This document shows positions 34,589 to 47,549 of a stretch of 64,000 bases of DNA, piece after piece; within the stretch, counting starts at the first letter, position 1, and every line of letters starts with the position of its first letter. The stretch is from Haplodiscus bocki. Its lineage: Eukaryota. The notes under the pieces are model-generated. The model did not search any database, had not been told where the DNA came from, and saw only the letters and a program-made list of their open reading frames with translations. A program made the position numbers and the translations under genes. The stretch covers positions 146,816,001 to 146,880,000 of the forward strand of contig OZ296648.1 of NCBI GenBank assembly GCA_965655095.1, read 5' to 3'.

Positions 34589-37500
34589 CCAAAAAACCAA
34601 TTGACAGAAATAGGAAACAAGACACCACCGGCTAGCACCGGCATATTTCTCATCCAACTACAAATATTTTGATCAAATCTTACAAACGGTTAAAAACGAG
34701 ACTACTGTTTTGAATTTAGTTTTCATAGGTTTTATACATACATCAGTTCCACCACTAATTTCTACCTTCTATGCAAAAAAAAAATGCGATTTCCCTTTGA
34801 AAATTTTTTGTATCACACTACTGAAACATTTCGTAGTGGAACCCTTCTGTGTTTCAGGAAATTTCTGGTATCGAAAAATGTTAGTGATAGGAGAGGGAGG
34901 GTAGAAAGATTTTCCGTCGAAATTGTTTTATCTCACAGTACCGAAACATTTCGTAGAGGAACCCTTCTGTGCTTCAGATAATTTCTGGTATCGAAAAATG
35001 TTAGGGATAGGAGACGGGGGTATCACGATTTTCCTTTGAAAGTTTGTTGTCTCAGGGTAACGAAACATTTGGTAGAGGAACCCTTCTGTGTTTCAGAAAA
35101 TTTCTGGTATCGAAAATTGGTAAGGATAGGAGAGGGAGGGTTTTAACATTTTCCGTCGAAAATGGCTTGCCTCACAGTACCAAAACAATTCGTAGAGGAA
35201 CCCTTCTGTGTATCAGATAATTTCTGGTATCGAAAAATGTTAGGGGTAGGAGACGGGGTTATCACGATTTTCCGTCGAAAATTTGTTGTCTCAGGGTAAC
35301 GAAACATTTGGTAGAGGAACTCTTCTGTGTTTCAGAAAATTTCTGGTAGCAAAAAAGTTCATGGATAAGAAGTGGGAGAGTATCAAGGGTTTCCGTCGAA
35401 TTTTTTTCGTCTCAGTACCAAAAAATTTTGTTGGGGAACCCTTCTTGATTTCAAAAAATTCTGTTATCGAAATTTTTCATGCATAAGAGAGGGGGCGGCA
35501 TCACGATTTTCTATCAAATTTTTTTTGTCTCACACTGCCGAAAAATTTTGTAGAGGAGCCCTTCTTGGAGCCAAAAAACCAATTGACAGAAATGGGAAAC
35601 AAGACGACCGGCTAGCACCGGCATATTTCTCATCCAACTACAAATATTTTGATCAAATCTTACAAACGGTTAAAACGAGATTACTGTTTTGAATTTAGTT
35701 TTCATAGGTTTTCTACATACATCAGTTCCCCCCCCCCTAATTTCTACATTCTATGCAAAAAAATGCGATTTTTCTTTGAAAATTTTTTGTATCACAGTAC
35801 CGAAACATTTCGTAGTGGAACCCTTCTGTGTATCAGGAAATTTCTGGTATCGAAAAATGTTAGTGATAGGAGAGGGAGGGTAGATAGATTTTCCGTCGAA
35901 ATTGGCTTATCTCACAGTACCGAAACATTTCATAGAGGAATCCTTCTGTGTTCTTAGATAATTTCTGGTATCGAAAAATGTTAGGGATAGGAGACGGGGG
36001 TATCACGATTTTCCGTCGAAAATTTGTTGTCTTATGTTAGCGAAACATTTGGTAGAGGAACCCTTCTGTGTTTCAGATAATTTCTGGTGTCGAAAAATTA
36101 GGGATAGGAGACGGGGGTATGACGATTTTCCGTCGAAAACTTGTTGTCTCAGGGTAACGAAACATTTGGTAGAGGAACCCTTCTGTGTTTCAGAAAGTTT
36201 CTGGTGTCAAAAAATTAGGGATAGGAGACGGGGGTATCACGATTTTCCGTCGAAATTGGCTTATCTCACAGTACCAGAACATTTCGTAGAGGAACCCTTC
36301 TGTGTATCAGATAATTTCTGGTATCGAAAAATGTTAGGGGTAGGAGACGGGGTTATCACGATTTTCCGTCGAAAATTTGTTGTCTCAGGGTAACGAAACA
36401 TTTGGTAGAGGAACTCTTCTGTGTTTCAGAAAATTTCTGGTAGCAAAAAAGTTCATGGATAAGAAGTGGGAGAGTATCAAGGGTTTCCGTCGAATTTTTT
36501 TCGTCTCAGTACCAAAAAATTTTGTTGGGGAACCCTTCTTGATTTCAAAAAATTCTGTTATCGAAATTTTTCATGCATAAGAGAGGGGGCGGCATCACGA
36601 TTTTCTATCAAATTTTTTTTGTCTCACACTGCCGAAAAATTTTGTAGAGGAGCCCTTCTTGGAGCCAAAAAACCAATTGACAGAAATGGGAAACAAGACG
36701 ACCGGCTAGCACCGGCATATTTCTCATCCAACTACAAATATTTTGATCAAATCTTACAAACGGTTAAAACGAGATTACTGTTTTGAATTTAGTTTTCATA
36801 GGTTTTCTACATACATCAGTTCCCCCCCTAATTTCTACATTCTATGCAAAAAAATGCGATTTTTCTTTGAAAATTTTTTGTATCACAGTACCGAAACATT
36901 TCGTAGTGGAACCCTTCTGTGTATCAGGAAATTTCTGGTATCGAAAAATGTTAGTGATAGGAGAGGGAGGGTAGATAGATTTTCCGTCGAAATTGGCTTA
37001 TCTCACAGTACCGAAACATTTCATAGAGGAATCCTTCTGTGTTCTTAGATAATTTCTGGTATCGAAAAATGTTAGGGATAGGAGACGGGGGTATCACGAT
37101 TTTCCGTCGAAAATTTGTTGTCTTATGGTAGCGAAACATTTGGTAGAGGAACCCTTCTGTGTTTCAGATAATTTCTGGTGTCGAAAAATTAGGGATAGGA
37201 GACGGGGGTATGACGATTTTCCGTCGAAAACTTGTTGTCTCAGGGTAACGAAACATTTGGTAGAGGAACCCTTCTGTGTTTCAGAAAGTTTCTGGTGTCA
37301 AAAAATTAGGGATAGGAGACGGGGGTATCACGATTTTCCGTCGAAAACTTGTTGTCTCAGGATAACGAAACATTTGGTAGAGGAACCCTTCTGTGTTTCA
37401 GAAAATTTTTGGTAGCAAAATTTCATGGATAGGAGAGAGAGGGTAGAGGGACCAAACAATTCGTAGAGGAACCCTTCTATGTTTCCGAAAGTGTCGGGTA

Positions 37501-37750
37501 GCTAAAAATATATGCATAAGAGGGGGAAGGGGGGAAGGAGGGAGTATCTTGGTTTTCCAGCGAACTTTTGCCGTCTCACAATACCCAAACCTTTTGCAGA
37601 GGAATCATTGTGTGCTTCAGAAAATTTTTGGTAACGAAAAATGATATATTTACTAGAGGGGGTTGTTTTCACGACTTTCCGCCAAACTTGTTTTGTCTCA
37701 CTGCACCTAAACGTTTGACGGAGAAACCCTTCCTTGGTGTTTTTTTTCAA
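34589..37750 (+). repeat. ~120-bp satellite with higher-order repeat (spacer + 7-8 monomers; periods 982 and 1094 bp)
   Basis: Monomer GTCTCACAGTACCGAAACATTTCGTAGAGGAACCCTTCTGTGTTTCAG...TTTTCCGTCGAAA. Spacer CCAAAAAACCAATTGACAGAAAT recurs at 34589, 35571 and 36665. Confidence 0.93.
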
Positions 37751-37766
37751 AAATTTCCCGCAGCTG

Positions 37767-38934
37767 TCAAAAAATTGTTGACAAAATGACTAAACTATTT
37801 GAAACTCCATTCAACCAAAAGATTGCTTGCAGAATTCAAACAAGTATTGCAGTGTGAAAGTTTTTGTTTCTAAGGTGGGAACAATAAAAAGGTGAGGTAC
37901 ATTTAAGACAAAAATTGCGGCACTCAGAGCAATGAACGTTCGGGAACATTGTCTGATCAATACTGATGGCAAGATTTTACTTTTAGGTTTAGCAAGACAA
38001 GAGAACGTTGATAGGTAGAAAGTAGTTCGGTACTATCTACAAAATCTCATAGTTGACTACTAATTCTTAAAACGTTCGGAACAGTCACCTTAATAGTCGT
38101 CAACATAAATTTCCAAAGACACTATGCAGAGAAAATTTCATGTTCTGACACTACGTCTTACAGTTAGGGAACGGAGAAATAGGGAACCACAGAGTAGAAA
38201 AGTACCTACATGTGAAAAAATTTTAACAAAAAAGATAAGATCATCGCAACAGTAGATATGGCTGGATTAATCTTTTTCAGAGGAAGGGAGATTATATGAT
38301 CAGAGGATAGCAATGGAAATTGAATAGTGAAACTTGCGGTCAATACAGAATGAACTGTAATGAAAATATGCAGAAGGAATAAAAAAAATTAGAGTCATGT
38401 GGTGATTTTATGTCAAAAATAGCAGACAATGAAAATTGTGAAAAAAAAAACGAAAAAAGACAACCCGGAAGAAAATGGTACATCGTGGTTGCTGCTCTAA
38501 CATTGAAGTTTTCTAAACTCAGGGTTCAGCATACGGACTCGAACGGAACAGACTCAGGGTGTAGGCAAGGTTCAGTTACTAAGACTGACAGCGAACGAAG
38601 ATGTTGAAAATTGGCCAAGTTTAAAGTCGGAACGACTGCCCAAGTTCATAGTCCAAAGGCCTGGAAGTTTGGAGTCCAAAAGACTATCAAGCTTAGAGTT
38701 CAAAGAACCACCGCAGTTTTTAGTCCAAAGGACTGGAAGTTTAGAAGCGAAATGACCGAACAAAAATTCAAGAAGTAAAGTTTAGTTATTTGGTGAGTTT
38801 TTAATTTAAAAACGTTTGAAAAAAGAAAAAATGCAAGGAAAAAAATATCTAGAAAAAAAGGAAAAGAATAAAGCCTTGACAGTGAAAGTAGAGAACTTTG
38901 ACTAAGTTGAATTTTCTTTGTCATGGCACCAAAT
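37767..38934 (-). mobile_element. PBS + 5' leader of an LTR retrotransposon (truncated second unit)
   Basis: Colinear with 55320-56471 and ~61415-62564 (roughly 70-75% by eye). Confidence 0.8.
38920..38931 (-). promoter_or_regulatory. Primer-binding site TGGTGCCATGAC (tRNA-His-like)
   Basis: Lies 3 nt downstream of the LTR end ...AATACA on the minus strand; differs by 1 nt from the complement of the tRNA-His 3' end (TGGTGCCGTGAC). Confidence 0.7.
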
Positions 38935-39221
38935 TGTATTGATTTTCAGAAAATGTTTTCGTGTGTTTTTTCAGTGAAATTAATACCACGTAGAGGCCTT
39001 CAACTTGATTTGATCTAACTTGAGTACTCACACGCTTCCTTCGATTCCTCGAAAGTTCTTTAGAGAAAACAACAATTCTCCACTTGAAGGATTCTTCAAC
39101 TCTGGGTTGAAATCTAGATCATAGAATTCTGTGGAAGTCACAAAGAAGAAATCTATAGGATTTTACAATTTTGTCCAAAAAACTTTCAGGAAATCCTTCT
39201 TGAAAAAGCGTTTGTTTTACA
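38935..39221 (-). repeat. LTR (287 bp, TG...CA)
   Basis: Homologous end to end with 56472-56756; shares CAACTTGA.TTGATCTAACTTGAGTACTCA. Confidence 0.85.
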
Positions 39222-42200
39222 TCCGCAGGATTTTTACTTTGAAAATTAAATTTATGAGCATCTTCATCAGAAAAAATAGCGCGTTTGAGTGGGTTTTATG
39301 GTTTATGATCATATCTTTATAGTCTATTGATGTCAATGAAGTTTTTCATTTACACGAAAGTTTATTCTTTGAAAGCCTTTCCTTTTCAGGAATTTTCAGT
39401 GAGGCAGAGAAATTTTTTCAGTGATATCTTAAAGGTTCGACCTTTAATTTGGGTGCAAGAAATCATATATTATCAAACAATTGTGATGGATCTCAGTTCA
39501 TTGGTCATTTCGACTTCTTTCGATAGTTTGAGAGTTCAATTTTTAATTTGGGGAGTTTCAACACATGAGATTTTCATTCCATTCTGTAGTTCATTTAAAT
39601 GAATGAGTCTGGACGAACAACATGACGTTTCACTTTCATGGCATAGTAAGACATATTCACATGTTAATTCGATTTAATGACAGAGTTCATCTTGCTGAGG
39701 TGGTCATCAAACATGTAAGGGATTGTTAACATGTCAGCGTGAGAAGTACTTCAAACTTATGAGTCGAAATGGGAGCTATGAGCAGTTCAGTCTGAGTTCT
39801 CTAAGTCTTTGCAAAATGAGCAGTTTTCCAGAATCTTAAGTCATTCGAAGTAGACGATACTTGATTTCTTCGAAACCTTCAGTCACAACTTTGATTTTTT
39901 TGTTCTTTTTTGTTCACTGTGATTCCGCTGCCGAAAAAAAATGAAAAAATTGAGCAGAAGTGTGAGAAAGTGAACGATTTCGACTAATTGGGACCAAAAT
40001 TATTGTGAAAACTGGCGGCCAATTCAGTGTGACACTAAAACCGCAGAAGTTGGTTCAAGGAATTGACCCTTCAAAATCGAACTAATTTCAAAAAGTTGGT
40101 TCATATTGTTTTATTCAGAAGGCTGGGTAAAAAATTCAAAGATTTTCGATCTCATTCTGATATTTTCTCGGGTTTCAGAGGGTACTTTAGAGAAGTTTTC
40201 TGGAGAAAAGTTTTTTGGTTTGGAAAAAGTTATTGAAACTGCATTGACTTTTTTCACCTGATTTTAACGTGAATCAACGAAAATTATTCGCGAGAAGGAA
40301 ATTTGAGGCAAACAAAAACGGCGGTGTATTGTAGGCATTTCTGAATACAAAGGTAGTGCTCTGAAGTAAACAATTAAATTTAAAACAAAAGAATTTATTC
40401 ACTAATTACAAAAAAATATTGGGTTTCCTGACTTCAAACAACGGAGTTCTTGAGTTTATAAAAGAGTTATTATGAAGTTAACAATTTTTGGCGAAAGGAG
40501 TCTAGAGTTATATTGTTCGAACCGTCTTTCGGTGGCCAGTTTTCACACTAATAAACGTCGTATTTTTGCTTGCATCGGAAAAAAACAATTGGGTGACACA
40601 GGGGTGAAGCACAGGAAGCACCAGTAATTGATGAGTGACAAATGGTCCATATTGATTTTGCTGAACCTGTGTGGGACCAGAGTTTAATCGGAATTATTCA
40701 TAACTGAGCAGTGGCAAAAAATTGGATAGAAAATCATCGGTTTTCCAGAAAACATCAGCAATCACAGTAAAATTTATTCCCAGAAATCTGATTAAGAAAT
40801 CCAGAGCTAGAGAATGCAGAGGCAAGGGAATGCAAAGCAGCAGAAGCAGACCCAGAAGAACAGAATTCCAGAAAGCCAGAATCCAGTCATCCAGAAATCC
40901 AGCAGCAGAAAGAAGTGAGCCAGGAGTCCAGTAAGACAAAAACCCAGTGAGCCAAAAATGCAGTGACAGCATGTGAGCTAGTGCAGAGCTAGTGAAACAA
41001 TTTTCAGAGAAAAAAACTTTTTCAAATTACAGAGCTATGTTTTTAAAAAATTTTAGTGAAACTTTGTATAGTTTTTCAGAAACTTGGGTCTCATTTCATC
41101 AAAGTTATTGTTTATAAAGTATGATAAAGGTATGGTTCATAAATTTTTCAGTATTCCAGAGTTCTGTGAGGAAGATATGAGGAAGGTTAAGTTTTTGGTA
41201 TCATCCTGTTTTTCCGAGGAAGATAAATATTATACTGAGCCAGAGACTTTTTCACAAATTTTATTGTTAAAATCGCCAGTTAGGATGCGGTATCATAGGA
41301 TATGATTGAAGTGGATCATGAATGAAACCTGTCATTATTGTGGCAGGATTTTGACGAAGAAGAGTCGCAGTGTAGGATGAGAGTTACTCAGAATGTGCAT
41401 ATTTAACATGAAATGTATCATTTTACACAGAGAATTCATAACCTGCATGAAAGTTTCAAGAAGAATATTCGGTTGCAGGTTGGTTCAAGAAATTTTCAGG
41501 CTCGCTATTTTTTACATGTTTCGGAGAAACATCAGTATCTGAGCAAGTATAAAAATCAGTCTGAAAGAAAACATTATTAACTTCTTTTCCCAATTTTTCA
41601 GCGTCAGTGTTATTTTCATCATTGAAGGTATTCAAGGAGTGGTCTGCAAATAGCAGCGGAGTATTGATGGGTGAAAAAAAGTCAGTTTCGTCAATTAGCT
41701 AGGGTGAGAACAGTTTGAGGAGATGTACCTGAAAATGGAAGTTGGTTGCATTGAAGAATTTACGAACTTCAGGTTTCCTTCAGAACTTAAAGAGCCCTGT
41801 TGAGAAGTACTCGTAACGCAACCAGATGGAACTGTCGTCGGAATTTTGAGGACTTGGCAGTTTGATTGTGGCAACCAGACAAATATGTAAATATCGCTGT
41901 AAGGTGTAAGGCGGGTAGGGAAGACTGTTCAGAAACACAAAATTTTTTCACAAAATTTAATTTACGTTAAGGTACAGAGTTTTTATGGAAGCCTACAAAA
42001 GTCTGAATCATAAAAAATCAAAAATAACTTTTTAACTATTTTTCAGAGAACTTTTTTTCAGAACTAAAAGAAAATTTTTCAGAGGTATCAAAAAACAGAA
42101 TTAAGAGTGAAAAACTTAGGTTACTTGTATAGAAGTATTTCAGAAAACTGAATTTTTGAAGGGAGTCTATTAGTAAAAACTTTCTTCGGTACTGTAACAG

Positions 42201-43349
42201 CAGATTGGATTTCCAAGAAGAACGTTGCATTGTTTTCAGACTCAATTGCAGATTTGCACAAGAATAACATGCAGCGTGAAATCCAGGATGCTCTTTCTTC
42301 AGAATTTCAACATCAGATTAGTCAGCATTATAGCTCAGTACGGTTCAATTGTTTCTTCAATTCATTTGATGAGGTCAAACACTTTTTCGAATCTCAGTTG
42401 GTTGTTTACTAACAGGTTCAATTTCAAAAATGAGAATTTCATAAGTTTTTGCAGAAGAGGTAGCTTGAGCATAAGATACAGTTTGTGAATTTTTTCAGGA
42501 GAGTGTCGATTTTGAATCTTTGACATAAAAGTGGTTGATTGAACATCTAGGAAGAGTAATTCGCTACAAAAATGGTGTTGCGAAGCAAAAGTATTACATG
42601 GTTTCAGGGCTTTATCGTTCAAGGGATGGTCAAAAGTTTTTGACAAATGTGGATAAGGCTAAGGAAAAGTGGTGGGAATACAGACAGAATCCCTATGTGC
42701 AGAGTCACTGGTAAAAAAACATTCCTGTGGAATATTCAGAGGTCTATGAGGAAGTTTTTTTGAGGTGTACAAATAAAATTGTTTCAGAGGATCGTAATTT
42801 CATAGCGAACCATCTGTCTTCGCAGGTTTCAGTTTTTTTTAAAAAAACAAATGAAATCAAAATGGAGAAGTAAACTTTCTTCTGTGGATATTGAGCTTTT
42901 TTGCAGCTGGGAGAAAAGTTGTCCCAAAGGCCTTTTTATGTCACATGATAGAGACGTCTTTGTCACAGAATAAAGATCCGGATTCGAATCATCAGTGTGT
43001 AAATCGAATACAGAGTGACGTGAAGTTTTCATCTGCAGGGTGAAATTTTTTTAATCAATATTCTTCCAGTACTCGTGTGGGGATATTGGTTTAGACGCAT
43101 ATGAGTTTTATTGATCTTTGTAACAATTTGCATTCAGTTGAAATCCATATGGTGTTGAAACCGTATAAATCGAAGTTAATTGTGACTTGAAGTAAAGTTT
43201 TTCAATAGACAATCATGAAGTCTACACTTAATTGATTGAGACTGATAATTTTTCCTTGAAGATATAATGATAAATTGTAGAAAGAGAAAGGTGGAGAAAA
43301 AAATTCCACATTGAGATAGAATATAACATGAAAAGACAAGTCATGCAAT

Positions 43350-45450
43350 AAATGCAACAGCAGACCTGTCAGGAGCAAAAACAGGGGCAACGTGTAACGG
43401 GTGATCAGGTTGACCGACCCTTAAAACAGTGTAAGGTTTGAATCGATTCCTGTTAAGAGGTGATTTCAAATCAAGAGGTTGTTTTTTAGTGGTAGCTTAA
43501 AAGTCATGAGAAGTAGTTTTTCTCGAAAAATTTCAGTTTACTATCAGAACGTTTTATGAACAAAACACGATTCCAGAAAATTGTTAGATCAGAATTGGAA
43601 AGAACTCCAGAATTTTATGCTGTGAAGGTGTTCGGGTTTATTGCAGACTGAATTTGTTTTGGTTCGAAAAGCGTTGAAGTAGTTCGTAATGCAGGTTTAG
43701 GTGTTAGTACATAGTGTTTATCGTTATCAGGATCTAATGCTACGCTATCTGTGGAATTTTATCACAGAATATATGAGTAGCATAAATGAAAAATTTGTCT
43801 TGTTTCTGGGGTCAATATATATTTCGGTAACTTGATAGTAATCTGACATACAATCAAAGTAATTATCAACTTCATACTGAGGTGAACGGGATTGAGGAAA
43901 ATCATATAACCAAGCAGTAGAGACTTTTACATAGAGAAAGTTATTGCGACTTCCAGTCAAGAGGTAACCAGTGATTTGATAGTTTTGAACAATCATTACT
44001 AATATAGTTGGAAACTGTGTTGTTTCTACTTTACAGCAATGATATAGTGTTGGCAGTTCTGGGACTGTCCTTGAATTAAAAACATAGTTGATAGAAAAAT
44101 CTTTCCTTGTATATATGTAAGAATCATAGTCTACAGCACCGAAACTGTTTGAATCATTCAGTCGAAGATAGTAATATTTGTTTTTTTTACGGAGTCAAAG
44201 ACTGCTGCTGAAGACATTGAATTTTCAGTAAGCAATGGCTTTTGATCAACAACTGTTGGATTTTTCTTTCCAGTGTTCATATTAAAACCTTCAGGGTCAG
44301 TGACAAACAAATCAGGATACTGAGTTGTATGCATTTGTGTTTTCTTCTACAGAAAGTATTTTTTGAGGAAAAATTTCCAGTCGTGATACCGTTGGAGTAG
44401 TGGTTCCCAGTGGTGAATTAGTATATGGAAATACAGTCGGCAGTATGCCTTTAAGACTTTTTTCCGGACTTTCTAATACTATTGACGAAGTCATCGGTTT
44501 TAAAGGAGTCATCAGTAACGGTTATTGACTTAAGACATACCTCCGATGAAATCGGAGATTTGAAAAATTAAACTTCTTTTTCCAGGAGACCATACATTAA
44601 TATATGGATGGTTCATTGTTTGTTTACACAAACCATCAGATTGCACACATTGAAGAGTATGACCTTCAAGCAATAGTTTTTCTAAGTTTTGATCATAGTC
44701 CAGAGATGTTTGTTCAATTTTTCATGACCCACTATCTTTATCAATAAATCATAAGATATTCCTGATCCTTTTCGCATCTTGACTTTGAATTGTCAGTACT
44801 TGTAATGCAATCACAATTATTTGGTTGATAGGTGAACACACCAGTATTCACAGTGTTCAGTTTGGTTACAGTGAATGGCGTTTGTCTCCCTTCAATTTGA
44901 AAACTCAATCCGTCAAAATAAGTGAAAGAGCCCCTATAAGATTGTTGATTTAATTCAACACTATTCGTTCCAAGAAAGTTCCGGATAATTTTTTATCTAG
45001 TTCTTTAATTAAAAGCTTGAAATTAGTACGCTTATCCGTACAATCAATTCTACAGTATTTGTCATGTGCATCTTGGACTGAAAACGCTCAGGTCTTTTGA
45101 ATTGTTGCAGAGCAACGAAAGGCTCTATTTCTTTTGATTTAGCACGAATCAATACAGAAGTTTATCTTCTACTATGTTTCGATTCCAGTAGGAACTTAGG
45201 TACATTTCTGCAACCGAATTAGCCTTGACTGTCTTAGATTGTATTGTTTCGAACAATATTATTGAATGACTAGCAGTTGGGTAATCCCGGGACCATCATC
45301 AGGTCAAAAAAACTTTCACAGTTGATTGTTTTAACAGTTTGCAGTAGAGATAAAAGAAAAAATTGATTTTACGGAGAAAAAATTTATAGGGTTCAGAAAA
45401 TAGTTTTGTATTTCAAACCAAATCTAGGGTTGTAAAAAGTTATACTTCTC
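43350..45450 (-). pseudogene. Envelope-like class III fusion glycoprotein relic (chuvirus G / herpes gB-like pattern)
   Basis: Cys-rich fragments such as EGHTLQC...DGLCKQT, FGAVDYDSY and CCKVETTQ..TILV..QITGYLLTGSRNNFLYV.VSTAWLYD.P...SP....YFDCM..YY.....YIDP, followed by a hydrophobic segment near 43360-43400. Confidence 0.6.
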
Positions 45451-47549
45451 CATTGATGATCAAATGGAGGTTCGCCAGTAGAAGTGAAATGTAAACTAGT
45501 CACAACAAAAAACCAAGGGAAAGTTCGGTGATTAATTCTGAGTCGAAGTTGGAATTCGATGAAGTTTCACCCAATGAATTTCACAGTTACTTCAAACTTT
45601 AAGTAGGAGTTTGAGACATTTTAATCAGTTCTCGATTACGAGTAATAGTACAATTTTGCAGGTTCTTGTTTGTTTTGTTTACAGGAAGAACCTGTTATCT
45701 CAGATTTTGTCTGGGATAATTAATTATTTGATTATCGAGTCTCAGTGGATAATGATATGGATCACGTGCAGGAGGTCTAGAGTTTCCGTCTGTTGAATGG
45801 TACGGAAATTCAGCAATATTAGTAGCACTCAATGAAGATAAAGATTCCTGGTCTCCAAAAAGATGAATTGTTCTTAAGTGAAAGTAAAGAGTGAAAAATT
45901 TTCCGATACCAGACGAAGGTCTTCATGAAAGTGGAACATCAATGAGACGATAAAGAAGTTTTTCGGAAGTAGATTGCTGAGGTTGTGCGTGTTGACGCAA
46001 CAGTGCAGAGACTGAGCTTGATGCTGGTCTTGTACGAGAAGGAGACGATGATTGAATCGGTCCTGGTCTCAAATAAAAAAATATATTTCTTTTTTGGGAA
46101 GAAGACGTTAACGTTTTTTTGACGAATCTTCAGATTCACAATTCTGAAAATCATCAACAGACGAGGTGGAGAATAAACTTGAAGATAGTTTTGGATAAAC
46201 CTGATAGGATGCTTCATAGCTAAAGTCAAAGGGGGTTTTCAGATTACGTGTATTTACAGAAGTAGAAACTTCATCAATTTTGTTTTGTAGAGGTCGAAGG
46301 TGCATCACAGAGTGTAGCGTCGAATGATTTTCGGTGTGTGGAAGATTTAAAATTTCTAGCTACCGATTCAGCTAGAGGTGAAGGCGTTTATGGAAAAGGA
46401 GGAAAATTTATACCAGATAGATCCCAGATATCAATAGGTCTAAGGGTGGTACTGGAGTGATAGCCGGAGCTACCGGTATCGGTGAAAAAAATCTTTGAAC
46501 AATTACGGCTAGTGTTTTTCAACTTCCCAAAGGAAGAAGTAGGTTTTTAAGAATTTTTGATGTTTGTGCAGTGGGTCCAGTATCTGCAAAACTTTGAGTT
46601 TTTTTCAAAAACTGGTGCAGCCGAAAATAAATTCTCAATTTCACTTGAATGCGGAGAAAAATCCGGGGTTACGTTAGTATCAGAAAAGAAGATAATAGTT
46701 ACAGGGTTTATAGGTTCAGCAACTTTTACAGTTTCCGCAGGAGTATTCAAATCAGAGATATCAAACTCAAAACACTTCAACTTCATTTCAGTTTTATTGA
46801 ACTACGGTCGTTGCAAAGTTTTCAATTCCATTTCAAGAGGAATCTCTTCTGTTTCAAAATTTTGGAATTCTTTCCAGATAAAATAGCAGAGTCTTAAAAA
46901 CAAAATACAAGACATAATAGCTGAGATGAACCAGGAAAATACGATAGTGGTTATTTCCATAGATTTTTGAGACTTTTCGATGAGGAATTTTATCCAACTC
47001 GAACTGCGTTGAAAAGGTTATTCATACAGAGTGGGGAGGTAATGAAAGAAAAAGACGATATTTTTTTGAACTTTTTTCTAGGTTGTGTTTGTTAAACACA
47101 ATTGCTTCAGGTTCTTTTCTCGGAGGCTTGTGATTGGTTGAATGCAGAAGAAAGTTGTTTTGTCAGCGAATGATGTAGAAGACTCTTAAGCAAAACAGGT
47201 GTCACGAATATGAAATATTTCAGGAAATTTGCTGAAGGATTGCATTTTTGGAAATTTTGGTTTATGATAAAAAATTTCAGAATCAGATTTGATCGAGACG
47301 GAGGATGATCACCATCATCGAAGCTTACAGATTTGAAAAGCTCGATAACAAGCATAATTGATTTATCTTCATCGTAACTACAGCGTAGATAAACGACAAG
47401 AACATGATCTTCTAATTCAGAGTTAGTATATGAATTATAAAAATCATTTTGATTCATGTTTGACTTATAAGAGTCACATGTTTTCAAAATATTTTGTTCC
47501 TGATATGATTCATTGTGAGGACAAAGCAAAGTTTTTCTTTGATAGTATG

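Noticed and set aside
34710-37789. Numerous ORFs across the satellite
   Set aside because: Translations of the 120-bp monomer in several frames; no coding signature.
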